Positions 9,701 to 18,695 of a DNA stretch of 64,000 bases are shown here, in pieces. The position numbers and the translations under genes are program-made. A model generated the notes under the pieces. The model saw nothing but the letters and a program-made list of their open reading frames with translations. It was not told the DNA's origin and did not search any database. Every line of letters starts with the position of its first letter. The first letter of the stretch is position 1. This stretch comes from Trichormus sp. ATA11-4-KO1 (lineage in GTDB: Bacteria > Cyanobacteriota > Cyanobacteriia > Cyanobacteriales > Nostocaceae), in assembly GCA_019358915.1 (NCBI GenBank), contig JAHHIM010000055.1, positions 224,001 through 288,000 on the forward strand, given 5' to 3'.

Positions 9701-12102
9701 GCGGTGTGCAATGCCAAAGCTAACTCATACTGCTGTTGCCAACAGTTAGCTGTGAGGCAGTTAATCCCCATTGTCAGATAATCTAAGGCTGGCTGATAGG
9801 CTGCTGAGGCTTTGGCTTTGTTACCTGCTGTTAAGTTCAACTGAGCTAGTTCCTGGCGTTGTTGAGGATTTGTAATTAAGTCAATGCCGAAATTCAGTTG
9901 GTTAACAATGTCAAAAATCTTTTCTTCTTGCTTTTGAGGGGTAATGCCTTGTAATAACAGTTGCCCAATCTGCAAGTGTACTGCCTGTTTTTGGTCAGTA
10001 GAAATTAGTGAATAGGCTGCTTGCTGGACGCGATCGTGCAGGAATTTGTAGACTACATCCAAATTTTTTAAGTTCGCAGCTACTTCTTGATCAGCAACTT
10101 GCAAGAGTTGGTAGTCATTGCCTTGGGGTAAAATTAGCCCTGTTTGCACGGCTTCCCAGAGTTGGGCGGCGACATCTGCAAGTGATTTTGAGCTAGCGAT
10201 CGCTAAAGTATGTAAATCAAATAAATTACCAATACAAGCGGCTAATTTTAAGGCTTCCTGGGTGGCTACTGGCAGCTTTTGAATTTTCAGTGCCATCAAC
10301 TCGACTACATTATCAGTAATCTGGGCTGCTTGGATTTTTGCCAGTTGCCACTGCCATTGCCGTTGAGCGAAATTAAACTGTAATAATTCTTCTGTATATA
10401 GCGACTTGAGAAATTCATTCATGAAGAAGGGATTGCCATTGGTCTTCTGCTGAAGCAGTTCAGCTAAAGGAGTAAGCTGTGCTAAATCTTCATTGTTAAG
10501 GGTATCGCTGAGGAGTTGTTGAATTTGGGGCAATGCTAAGGGCTTTAAGGTGATTTCGTGAATAGCCGCCCCTATTTGTTCTAAGGATGCGATCGTTGTC
10601 CTTAGTGGATGGGTTTTATCTACTTCGTGATCACGATAAGCACCAATCAACAACAGATATTGACTGTCTACCTGACTCATTAACAACTCAATTAGCTGGA
10701 GTGATGCACTATCCGCCCATTGCAGGTCATCCAAAAACATCACTAAAGGATGTTCCTTTTGGGTAAAGACCTGAATAAAGTTTTGCAAGACTAAATTAAA
10801 CCGAGTTTGCGCTTCTTTGGGCGATAGTTCTACAACAGGTGGCTGAGTCCCAATAATCAATTCCACCTCTGCAATCACGTCGATGATTACCTGACCATTC
10901 ACACCAAGAGCATTTAATAATTTTTCACGCCAAGTGGTAATTTCTGCTTCACTTGTAGTTAACAGTTGGCGAATTAAAGCTTGAAAGGCTTGGATTAAAG
11001 AACTGTAGGGAATGTTACGTTGAAACTGGTCAAATTTCCCAGAAATAAAATATCCCCGTTGTTGGGTAATTGGTTTATAAATTTCTTGTACCAAGGCTGA
11101 TTTGCCAATGCCAGAATAACCAGCAATCAGCATTACTTCGCTCTGTCCTTGACTGGTTCGCTCAAAGGCTGCGAGTAAGCTTGCTACTTCCGCTTCTCGT
11201 CCGTACAGTTTTTGCGGAATTTGAAATCTACCGGAGTGATCCTGCTGTCCTAGTGCAAATAATGGAATTTGCCCTGTAGTATTGAACATCTCCAGGCATT
11301 TCTGTAAATCTGTCTGCAACCCAAAAGCACTTTGATAACGCGCCTCGGCTGTCTTTTCTAGCAACTTCATCACAATTTGCGAAAGCGCTGGCGGAATTTG
11401 GGGATTAATTTGATCAGGCGGAATCGCTTGTTTGGCAATGTGGCTATGAACCAATTCCACAGGATCATCACTCCTAAAAGGTAACTGCTGGGTCAACAGT
11501 TCGTAGAAAGTGACTCCCAAAGAATAAAAGTCGGTGCGATAATCAAGCGATCGATTCATCCGTCCTGTTTGTTCAGGAGAAATATAAGCGAGAGTTCCTT
11601 CCAAAACATTCAGATTTCGTAAAGTGGGATTTTCCCGCGATAGTAAAGTCGCAATGCCAAAGTCAATTATTTTCGTTTGTTGAGTCGTGGGATTAAGGAG
11701 AATATTGGCAGGATTAATGTCTTTATGAATAATCTGTTGCTGATGAATTTCTGCTAAAGCTGCTGCTACTTGTATAGCCAGTTGCAAAAAATTCTGTAGC
11801 GGTAGAGGCGATTGATTGAGTAATTCACGCAGGGATTGCCCACCAAAATCCTCTAAAATTAACACTAAAGTGTTTTGATATTTTTTCAAGTCGTAGGCTT
11901 GGATAATTCCAGGCGCTTGAAAGCGGCGTGTGAGAGCATATTCAAGTTTAAACCGAGCGATCGCTTCTGGGGGTGGGTATTCTTGCCGCAGGACTTTCAG
12001 TACTACTGGTTGTTGATTTAACTCTCGATATCCTCGATAAACCTGAGAATTGGGGCTGGTGTGCAGTTCTGTCAGGACTTCATACCCTTCCAGTGTAATC
12101 AT
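6739..12102 (-). CDS. Ser/Thr kinase-AAA(STAND)-GAF-class III adenylate cyclase, 1787 aa
   Basis: HKDINPANIL/DFG/SPE kinase; GYSGIGKS and LDDLQWAD ATPase; ILCTPL..ILYLEN GAF; FTDIRAFT, KYIGDAIM, VNLAARIE, VKGK cyclase. Confidence 0.92.
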   Translation of the reverse strand: MITLEGYEVLTELHTSPNSQVYRGYRELNQQPVVLKVLRQEYPPPEAIARFKLEYALTRRFQAPGIIQAYDLKKYQNTLVLILEDFGGQSLRELLNQSPLPLQNFLQLAIQVAAALAEIHQQQIIHKDINPANILLNPTTQQTKIIDFGIATLLSRENPTLRNLNVLEGTLAYISPEQTGRMNRSLDYRTDFYSLGVTFYELLTQQLPFRSDDPVELVHSHIAKQAIPPDQINPQIPPALSQIVMKLLEKTAEARYQSAFGLQTDLQKCLEMFNTTGQIPLFALGQQDHSGRFQIPQKLYGREAEVASLLAAFERTSQGQSEVMLIAGYSGIGKSALVQEIYKPITQQRGYFISGKFDQFQRNIPYSSLIQAFQALIRQLLTTSEAEITTWREKLLNALGVNGQVIIDVIAEVELIIGTQPPVVELSPKEAQTRFNLVLQNFIQVFTQKEHPLVMFLDDLQWADSASLQLIELLMSQVDSQYLLLIGAYRDHEVDKTHPLRTTIASLEQIGAAIHEITLKPLALPQIQQLLSDTLNNEDLAQLTPLAELLQQKTNGNPFFMNEFLKSLYTEELLQFNFAQRQWQWQLAKIQAAQITDNVVELMALKIQKLPVATQEALKLAACIGNLFDLHTLAIASSKSLADVAAQLWEAVQTGLILPQGNDYQLLQVADQEVAANLKNLDVVYKFLHDRVQQAAYSLISTDQKQAVHLQIGQLLLQGITPQKQEEKIFDIVNQLNFGIDLITNPQQRQELAQLNLTAGNKAKASAAYQPALDYLTMGINCLTANCWQQQYELALALHTAAAEAAYLGGDFERMDALTEEVLQKTRSTIDQVQVYAIKIQAAIARDQLLAASQLGLQVMQLLGIPLANNPGQPQIMLGLLKTKLALVGKQVHTLVELPELSNPTKLAAIRILASIASATYLAAPNVFPLTVFKQVELSAKYGNAAESAFAYATYGLILCGVVGDLQGGYKFGELALKLLDRFNAKHLQARTLFVVNSFVRHWQEPLQNTIPSLQAAFQVGRDTGDTEYAAFAANVCSMHSYFSGQNLAELDECVAIYGEAIQQFKKKPIFVLIQLYRQAVANLQGKNANPCQLVGEFYDATVMLPQHIESNYRTAIFYVYTHYLTLNYWFEDYATAVKNADLAIPYLDAVVALYIVGWFYFYDSLGRLALASVVSAAERQKLLQRVAANQKKLQVWAKFSPVNYTHKLALVEAEWHRVQGKSSQAIACYDQAIALAQKNQYLNEAALANELTAKFYLAENKFKIAQVYLQEARYLYLQWGAIAKVKDLEAKYPEILTRNPDKAVKSTLSTTSSNQTSITSSSHSESLDLVTVIKASQTLSEEIQLDKLLSNLMRILMENAGAQRGFLLLSTKGKFLIEAQGTVGENTIQVLESLSIEDNQILSRAIINYVIRTKTNVVLNDAIHEAVGIGEFIKDPYIRQYQPRSILCTPLINQGKLAGILYLENNLTTGAFTPDRLELLNLLSAQAAISIENARLYTDVAALNKAYERFVPRQFLQFLNKQSIIDVQLGDQVQREMSVLFTDIRAFTTLSESMTPAENFRFINAYLSRMEPIIIENNGFIDKYIGDAIMALFAGDADDAVQAGIAMLQTLATYNEERQARGYLPIQIGIGINTGSLILGTVGGLNRMDSTVISDAVNLAARIEGLTKTFNTPLLITDQTFERLQNRDRYGIRVVGQVKVKGKTNAVTVHEVFAADLPHIIAGKTATLELFASALAFYEQQEFATAAECFQECLQQNPWDQVAQMYLDRCQSGQEIAAIFTETVKL

Positions 12103-12547
12103 AGATTATTCAAGCGTTTGCTGTATAGTTAGGGTCTATTCAGTATAAATTGCTTACCTTGCAAGTGAACAGAGATTAGCTAAATTTACTTACGCAAATT
12201 TACTCAACGCTTCTACATAATGCTTGATTTTGTGACTAGGACAGTAAGCTAAAAAAATATTTAGTTTGCATATTTAAATTAGATTAAACTCTTGTGGGCT
12301 AGGCATTTTAACTTATTCACAAAACCAGCAAAATCATCCCGCAAATATACAACACCGTTTTTCTCTATCACTAGAGTGATGGCTGCCTTTACAGACACAA
12401 ACATAATGTATAAAACATTAATAATTTCCACTCTTAATCTCTGCGCCACACCAGTAACTACAACTGTGAGAACCAAAGCAACGCATTGACTTCGTTCGCT
12501 ATCACCTACAGCCACATTGCTGCCTGAGAAGATAACTCGGAGTGTAT

Positions 12548-12871
12548 ATGAGTAATAAAAATAAAACAGTAATTGACGAATTTCACAAAGTCGTAAATAT
12601 GACACCCCAGGAAATAGAGTCTTGGCTAGAGACAGAAGAGTCCCAAGCAGTGGGACAAAAGGATGGAGATGACGAATCAATTGGTCACAAGTCCGGGCGG
12701 CGTATCGTCGAACTTTTGCACAAGCATGATTATACCGATGATGACCTATCGCATATGAAGAAAGTTAATAGTTACGTCCATCGCCACTCAGCACAGCAGC
12801 CAACGGGTGATATTGAACACACCCGTTGGCGTTACTCTTTAATGAATTGGGGACACGACCCGCTTAAATGA
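12548..12871 (+). CDS. DUF3140 family protein
   Basis: VNMT..ESIGHKSGRRIV..WRYSLMNWGHDP. Confidence 0.85.
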   Translation: MSNKNKTVIDEFHKVVNMTPQEIESWLETEESQAVGQKDGDDESIGHKSGRRIVELLHKHDYTDDDLSHMKKVNSYVHRHSAQQPTGDIEHTRWRYSLMNWGHDPLK

Positions 12872-12986
12872 AGAGTGCTGAGTTAAAAGACCGCCCACGA
12901 GAGGCAGGGCATTTACTGAGTGCGAGAGTGCAGAGTACTCTTTTTCTTACTCAGCACTCAGCACTGAGTATGGTATCCCCAAAAGT

Positions 12987-13586
12987 TTATTGCCAAAGAT
13001 AAATCAGGATAAACAAAACAATCCAGATGACATCGACGAAATGCCAAAATAACGAGGTCGCATTCACGCCAAAGTGACCTGATTCGTAGTTACCAGGGAA
13101 GAAAGAACGGACAAAAATAATCAACTGCAACAAAATACCTGTGAGGACGTGTAAACCGTGGAAACCAGTTAATAAATAGAACATTCCACCGTATACCCCG
13201 GAGGTAAAGCCAAAGGTCAGGTTACTCCATTCAATACCTTGTCCTACTAAAAAGTAACTACCCATTGCCATTGTTGCCGCGAGATACACACGAAATCCCA
13301 TCAAGTTGTGGCGTTGTAGGGCGCGTTCTGCTAGGTAAATGACGAAGCTACTGGAAACAAGAATGACTGTGTTGATTGCAGGTTCTTTGATTTCTAGTCC
13401 CGAAACTCCTGCTGGTAGCCAATTAGGTGTTGTTGTTTTGTAGATGATATATCCGGCGAAAAAACTCAGGAAGATGACACTTTCGGAGAGGAGGAAGACG
13501 ATGAAGCCGAACATTTTGTTGCCTTCTTCGTCGTGTTCGTGTTCTCTCGGTAATTGCAATTCAGATGAGTTGATGGAACTGTCCAT
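12987..13586 (-). CDS. coxC: Heme-copper oxidase subunit III (ARTO/cox3-type)
   Basis: FLLSE, TGFHGLHV, FWHFVDVIW. Confidence 0.92.
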   Translation of the reverse strand: MDSSINSSELQLPREHEHDEEGNKMFGFIVFLLSESVIFLSFFAGYIIYKTTTPNWLPAGVSGLEIKEPAINTVILVSSSFVIYLAERALQRHNLMGFRVYLAATMAMGSYFLVGQGIEWSNLTFGFTSGVYGGMFYLLTGFHGLHVLTGILLQLIIFVRSFFPGNYESGHFGVNATSLFWHFVDVIWIVLFILIYLWQ

Positions 13587-13635
13587 TGTGAGAAATTCTC
13601 CTTGTTTAAACGCAGAGGAACGCTGAGGGGGGTAA

Positions 13636-15294
13636 CTAGTCTGCGTTTTCCCGTGGGTTATTGGCTGTTAAGGGTTCTGATTTGCCGTAGCCGTAGGGTT
13701 CAGAGATGATGATGGGGATTTGTTCAAAGTTTTCCACTGGGGGTGGTGAAGAAATCATCCACTCTAGTCCAATGGCGCGCCAGGGATTATCAGGTGCTTT
13801 CTCTCCTTGCAGCCAAGAACTTACCATGTTGAAGATGAAGGGTAAGGTGGACATGCCCAACATGAAGCCGCCCAGGCTAGCAATGATGTTCCAAAATTCG
13901 TACTCTGGGGCGTAGGAGGAAACTCGGCGTAACATTCCTTGTAGTCCCAAGGGGTGCATGGGGAGAAAGTTAAGGTTGGTGCCAATAAATGTTAACCAAA
14001 AGTGTAATTTGCCCCAGCCTTCGTAGTACATCCGTCCGGTCATTTTGGGGAACCAGTGGTAGATGGCAGAATATAAGCCCATCGTGACTGTGCCAAAAAG
14101 AACGTAATGGAAGTGTCCTACTACAAAGTAGGTGTTGTTAACATGAACATCTACAGGTACTGAGGAAAGCATAATGCCTGTGATACCTGCGAAGACAAAC
14201 ATCACCAAAGCACCAAGGGAAAACAGCATTGCTGTGTCCAGTCGCAGTTTACCTCCCCAAATGGTGGCTACCCAAGCAAATACTTTAATGCCTGTGGGTA
14301 CAGAGACAAACATAGTTGTCAGCATGAAAATTAACCGCATCCAGCCGGGTGTACCACTGACGTACATGTGGTGTACCCAGACAATGCCACTGACTACGGC
14401 AATTAACATTGAAGAAATAGCAACTACTTTGTAGCCAAATAACGGTTTGCGCGCATAGACAGGGAATATTTCCGAGAAAATGCCGAAGATAGGCAAAATA
14501 ATCACGTAAACGGCAGGGTGGGAGTAAAACCAGAAGTAATGTTGGAAGAGAACTGGATTACCACCGTGGCTGGGATTGAAAAAGGCCGTCCCTGCTGTCA
14601 GGTCAAGTAACAGCATGACAGCACCTGCTGTGAGTGCAGGTAATCCAAATAATTGGATAATTTGGGCGCTAAATACTGCCCAAACAAATAAAGGCATCCG
14701 AAAGAAGCCCATACCTGGGGTGCGCATTTTCACAATGGTGGTAACAAAGTTAACTGCCCCCATAATTGAGGATACGCCGGATATGGCTACTGCCAGCAAC
14801 CAGATCACTTGACCGTTGATTAAGTTACCTGTAGGGTTTTGCAGACTGACTGGTGGGTAAGACCACCAACCTGCTTGGGCTGGGCCACCAGGGACTAAGA
14901 AACTGCCCATTAGCAGAATTCCCACAACTGGCACCATCCAAAAGGCGACGGCGTTGAGGCGGGGAAATGCCATGTCTCGCGCCCCAATCATTAGAGGTAC
15001 GAGATAGTTAGCAAAACCAACGAGTGAGGGAAATGTCCACAAAAACAACATGACGGTGCCGTGCATGGTGAACATACCGTTATAGACGGTGCGGTCAACT
15101 AAGTCAGATTCGGGTGTAATGAGTTCTCCCCGAATTACCATTGCAAAGATGCCACCGACCAAAAAGAAGATAAATGAAGTCACAAGGTACTGAATACCAA
15201 TGACCTTGTGGTCGGTGCTAAAGCTGAAGTATTGTTTCCAGCCACCTGGTTTCTCATTATGGTGACTGATGTCTACAAGTACGATATTTTTCAC
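13636..15294 (-). CDS. coxA: Heme-copper oxidase subunit I (ARTO/cox3-type)
   Basis: TMHG, YSHPAVY, WVHHM, GHFH ligands. Confidence 0.95.
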   Translation of the reverse strand: MKNIVLVDISHHNEKPGGWKQYFSFSTDHKVIGIQYLVTSFIFFLVGGIFAMVIRGELITPESDLVDRTVYNGMFTMHGTVMLFLWTFPSLVGFANYLVPLMIGARDMAFPRLNAVAFWMVPVVGILLMGSFLVPGGPAQAGWWSYPPVSLQNPTGNLINGQVIWLLAVAISGVSSIMGAVNFVTTIVKMRTPGMGFFRMPLFVWAVFSAQIIQLFGLPALTAGAVMLLLDLTAGTAFFNPSHGGNPVLFQHYFWFYSHPAVYVIILPIFGIFSEIFPVYARKPLFGYKVVAISSMLIAVVSGIVWVHHMYVSGTPGWMRLIFMLTTMFVSVPTGIKVFAWVATIWGGKLRLDTAMLFSLGALVMFVFAGITGIMLSSVPVDVHVNNTYFVVGHFHYVLFGTVTMGLYSAIYHWFPKMTGRMYYEGWGKLHFWLTFIGTNLNFLPMHPLGLQGMLRRVSSYAPEYEFWNIIASLGGFMLGMSTLPFIFNMVSSWLQGEKAPDNPWRAIGLEWMISSPPPVENFEQIPIIISEPYGYGKSEPLTANNPRENAD

Positions 15295-15305
15295 GCGGTT
15301 TCCTT

Positions 15306-16238
15306 TTAACCAGGATAATTGACCAAAGGAGATGCCGCAGGTGCAACTGTCGGCCAGCCAGTTTTGACTGATTGACTAGATGCTTGGGCATATTCAGAGG
15401 CGGCCTGATTGTTAGCTGGGCTTGGTTTCTGGGTGGCAGCTTGGGCTAGCCATTGCTGGTAGTCTTCTGGAGATTCGACGACTACATTAGCTTGCATAGT
15501 GGCAAAATATGTACCACTATATTGAGAATCGGTGAGGCGATATTGACCGACGCGGGTGGGCGTAAATTCAAAGTCAATGGTGTGGTTGGGGATAATATCC
15601 TGCTTGAGGCGAAATGCTGGAATATAGAAGCCATGGAGCACATCTTCTGATTGCAGCGCTAAATGTACCCGGCGATCGCTTGGTAAATGCAGTTCGGTAC
15701 TGGTAACATTTTTTTCAGGGTAATGGAAGACCCATGCCCATTGTTTCGCTACTACTTCAATGTTTTCTGATGGAGAGACAACAGATGTCCCCTTGTTTTC
15801 CATCGGTGCTGCATAAGCCGACTCCATACCTACGGGATTATGCAAATGTACAAGTTCCATCGGCCCTTGAATCCCCATTTGCTCGTAGACTTGGTAGCTA
15901 TAGCCGGCAATCCACAGCACTAACATAATAGGGATGGCTGTCCAGACAACTTCCAAGGTGACATTACCTTCAATGTGAGGGCCGTCGGTCAAGTCGCCTT
16001 CTTTTGCCCGATGAAAAATGATTGAATACATGAGAGTGCTAGTCACACCCAAAAAGATGAACGCTCCCAGTGTTACTAAGAAACTAATCAAATCATCAAT
16101 CAGTTGGGATTCTGCGGCTGCTTGGGGAGGAAGCCAGGTATAAGCTTGTTTACCAATCCAGAGACTGATCACAGTCACTGCGATCGCTCCCGCAAACACG
16201 GTTAAAATGTTGAAAATCTTCTGGACTTTCATACTCAT
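15306..16238 (-). CDS. coxB: Oxidase subunit II lacking CuA cysteines (ARTO)
   Basis: KQWAW, DVLHGF; CuA region reads DSQYSGTYFATM instead of CxExCGxxHxxM; the ORF extension to 16295 is repeat-derived. Confidence 0.9.
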   Translation of the reverse strand: MSMKVQKIFNILTVFAGAIAVTVISLWIGKQAYTWLPPQAAAESQLIDDLISFLVTLGAFIFLGVTSTLMYSIIFHRAKEGDLTDGPHIEGNVTLEVVWTAIPIMLVLWIAGYSYQVYEQMGIQGPMELVHLHNPVGMESAYAAPMENKGTSVVSPSENIEVVAKQWAWVFHYPEKNVTSTELHLPSDRRVHLALQSEDVLHGFYIPAFRLKQDIIPNHTIDFEFTPTRVGQYRLTDSQYSGTYFATMQANVVVESPEDYQQWLAQAATQKPSPANNQAASEYAQASSQSVKTGWPTVAPAASPLVNYPG

Positions 16239-16292
16239 TGGGAATGGGGAATAGGGGATAGGGAATAGGGAACAGAGGAATTCTTCGCTAAA

Positions 16293-16425
16293 CACTCAGC
16301 ACTCAGCACTCCCCTTCGACTTCGCTCAGCACTCAGCACTCAGCACTCAGCACTCAAAAAGGCACTCAGCACTCAGCACTCAAAAAGGCACTCAGCACTC
16401 AGCACTCAAAAAGGCACTCAGCACT
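16293..16425. repeat. STRR (CTCAGCA)n with 26-bp higher-order unit
   Basis: AAAAAGG spacer at 16356, 16382, 16408. Confidence 0.9.
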
Positions 16426-16428
16426 TTG

Positions 16429-17034
16429 CTACTTGAGAACTGTGTTCAGGTCTGCACCCATTCTCAGTAGGGTATCGGCGGTGTTGTGTACACCAAACTC
16501 GGCGGCCATTTGCGCCCCTAATGTGCCGTGGACGTACATGATTAACATCACTGCTACGCCGATGGCTAGATAACTCCACTGCACTTGTTGGTCTGCGTCT
16601 TGACTCCAAACGAAGCGCTGCCATCCTCTCCAAACGGTCATACCCAGAATCAGTGCTAGTAAGAATACACCACCGATGCCATGCCAAATCATCGTTTCCA
16701 TTGCCTGCATTCCCCAGGCACTTTTAACATCAGCTGGTGGTGTAGCTAGCAACATTTCATAAAAGCCTGCGGCTACGGTGAAAAAAGTAATCACCGTGGA
16801 ACCTAGCATGTTGTACCAGCCCACATCAAATAAGTTGGCACGTTCAACGGAAATTGCCAAAAATTTGAACATCCATTTTTGGAAGGGGAAAAGTGTACCA
16901 ACGATATCAAAGGTAATCCCAATGATGAACAGACCCAAAGTCAGGTGGACTAAGTTGGGATGAATGGGAATGGAATAAGGTAAGCCGTTAGCGCCCAGTT
17001 GTACGTTCAATTGGTCAATTAATTCCGAGTTCAT
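16429..17034 (-). CDS. DUF2231 membrane protein of the ARTO operon
   Basis: IHPNLVHL, four TM segments, His-rich; position upstream of coxB. Confidence 0.85.
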   Translation of the reverse strand: MNSELIDQLNVQLGANGLPYSIPIHPNLVHLTLGLFIIGITFDIVGTLFPFQKWMFKFLAISVERANLFDVGWYNMLGSTVITFFTVAAGFYEMLLATPPADVKSAWGMQAMETMIWHGIGGVFLLALILGMTVWRGWQRFVWSQDADQQVQWSYLAIGVAVMLIMYVHGTLGAQMAAEFGVHNTADTLLRMGADLNTVLK

Positions 17035-17531
17035 GGCAAGATACCTTCCTTGACTGCTTCAACAACTGGTACTGTGTGCAGTCCATATACCCAAACAAGT
17101 TCATCACCGAGATATACTTGCATACCCACAATCACAGTTAAAAGTAGCCCCGCTACCATATAATGAATCGGCAATTTGTAAGGGTTGCGGGTACGAATTA
17201 CATAGCGCCAAGCTGTAATTGAGGCGATAATTCCCGACAGCGACCAGCCCACTAGTGTATGCACATTCAGCACTGATTTAGCTAAGTCATAAGGTTGAGC
17301 TAAGCCAGCTTCAAACTGACCAAAAATAATCGCTACGAAGATAGCGATCGTCGCTACACACATATTCCACCAACTCACTTCAAAAAGATGAGTTCTACCA
17401 GTAAAATAACCTAGTACATCACAGAAGAATGCAAACAAAACCATCGCGATTACGAAGTGGACGATGATGGGATGCATCGTATCTGGATACGGCAAATTGT
17501 GGTCGTTCAAAGATGTAAGATACTCAAGCAT
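17031..17531 (-). CDS. DUF2231 membrane protein of the ARTO operon
   Basis: MHPIIVHF, LGDELVWVYG; 4-nt overlap with next gene. Confidence 0.85.
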   Translation of the reverse strand: MLEYLTSLNDHNLPYPDTMHPIIVHFVIAMVLFAFFCDVLGYFTGRTHLFEVSWWNMCVATIAIFVAIIFGQFEAGLAQPYDLAKSVLNVHTLVGWSLSGIIASITAWRYVIRTRNPYKLPIHYMVAGLLLTVIVGMQVYLGDELVWVYGLHTVPVVEAVKEGILP

Positions 17532-17979
17532 TGTGTTCTCCTGGAAATATCCATTGCACCTCAGTCGTCAAGATTTACAGCCACTCACACCACTACAATT
17601 TTTTGCACCTGACCGGAATTTGTTGAATTATGCGCGGCGAAATCCGGTTACTCAAGCGGCAACTTGGTTGTAGCTACATTAGCGAAGTTACTATTTATAG
17701 TGAATGATTGAGTTCAATTCATTTGTTCATGCCGATAATCTACGACAGCGATTTTTAATTTACCTAACAAAATTGCTGTTTTCTGTTTGATTAATTAAAC
17801 CTATCTTTTAGCTTAAATATTTTTTTACTAATTGTCAAAAAAATTAAGAGAAACTTTTAAAATTGCTTTTGTAAAACGAAAGTTTATTTTAGCAATGTAC
17901 TTTATTTTGCTATTTTTAATATATTGCACATACAAAAAACTTTAAATGTACAACTTAAAACATTATCAAGTTATTATTT

Positions 17980-17995
17980 TGTGATATCAATTACA
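17980..17995 (-). promoter_or_regulatory. Putative NtcA site for the cox3-like operon
   Basis: Minus strand TGTA-ATTGATAT-CACA with TAAGTT (-10-like) 23 nt downstream. Confidence 0.4.
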
Positions 17996-18004
17996 AACAA
18001 ACAT

Positions 18005-18137
18005 GACTTACGCGCGGGTTACAGAAAATTGAACCACAGAGGCACAGAGGAGCCATTGCGTTGCGCGGGTTCCCCGCGTTGTAGCAAATGGCGTAACACG
18101 GAGGAATGAGAGTTTGAGTGGTTCTTTTGCGTAAGTC
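18005..18137. mobile_element. MITE (TIR GACTTACGC/GCGTAAGTC) carrying a nested 45-bp SDR
   Basis: 9-bp terminal inverted repeats; nested GAGCCA...GGCGT unit 18050-18094 recurs at 38540-38584. Confidence 0.65.
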
Positions 18138-18328
18138 CTAACAAAGATTTTTTAGATTTTAACTTTAGCCTTTATTTCCCAATATTCTCAAGCTAATAGC
18201 TCAGAAGTACAGCCTGCTTTTGTAGGCTAATTACGCGTATATTCATTTTTCATCCACTACGTTACAAATGCTTCAAGAATAAAAGTAAAATATATGTAGC
18301 TCTAATTGACAAATTACAAGTATAAGGA

Positions 18329-18583
18329 ATGAAGTTACCAGAGATCGATTCTGCAACTATTGATCGCATTATTGAAATGGCTTGGGAAGATAGAACACCT
18401 TTTGATGTAATTGAGGCTCAGTTTGGGCTACAAGAAAAACAGGTAATTGCCTTAATGCGGCGGGAAATGAAGGAATCTAGTTTCCGGATGTGGCGAGAGC
18501 GAGTTACCAAACGCAAAACGAAGCATCTCAAAAAGCGAGAGTTTCTTGCAGGTAGGTTTAAGTCGCAAAATCAAAAAACATGA
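18329..18583 (+). CDS. TIGR03643/DUF2805 family protein
   Basis: RIIEMAWEDRTPF..MWRERV..RKTKH. Confidence 0.85.
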   Translation: MKLPEIDSATIDRIIEMAWEDRTPFDVIEAQFGLQEKQVIALMRREMKESSFRMWRERVTKRKTKHLKKREFLAGRFKSQNQKT

Positions 18584-18695
18584 ATATGAATGTGTGATGA
18601 GTGTAAGTTCTTTAATAAACTATGTGAAGCAATACAAAAAATAGTGAGGTTGGCTCGTAGTGAGGACTTTAGTCCTCACTACAAACTTTTAATTA

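Noticed and set aside
12279..12680. 133-aa minus-strand ORF
   Set aside because: Overlaps the DUF3140 gene antisense and has no recognisable motif
16239..16295. N-terminal extension of CoxB (FPIPYSPFP)
   Set aside because: Translation of heptamer repeats
16340..16425. Regularly interspaced repeats resembling a CRISPR array (also 19698-19800)
   Set aside because: Spacers are identical and very short, units are STRR heptamers, and there are no cas genes
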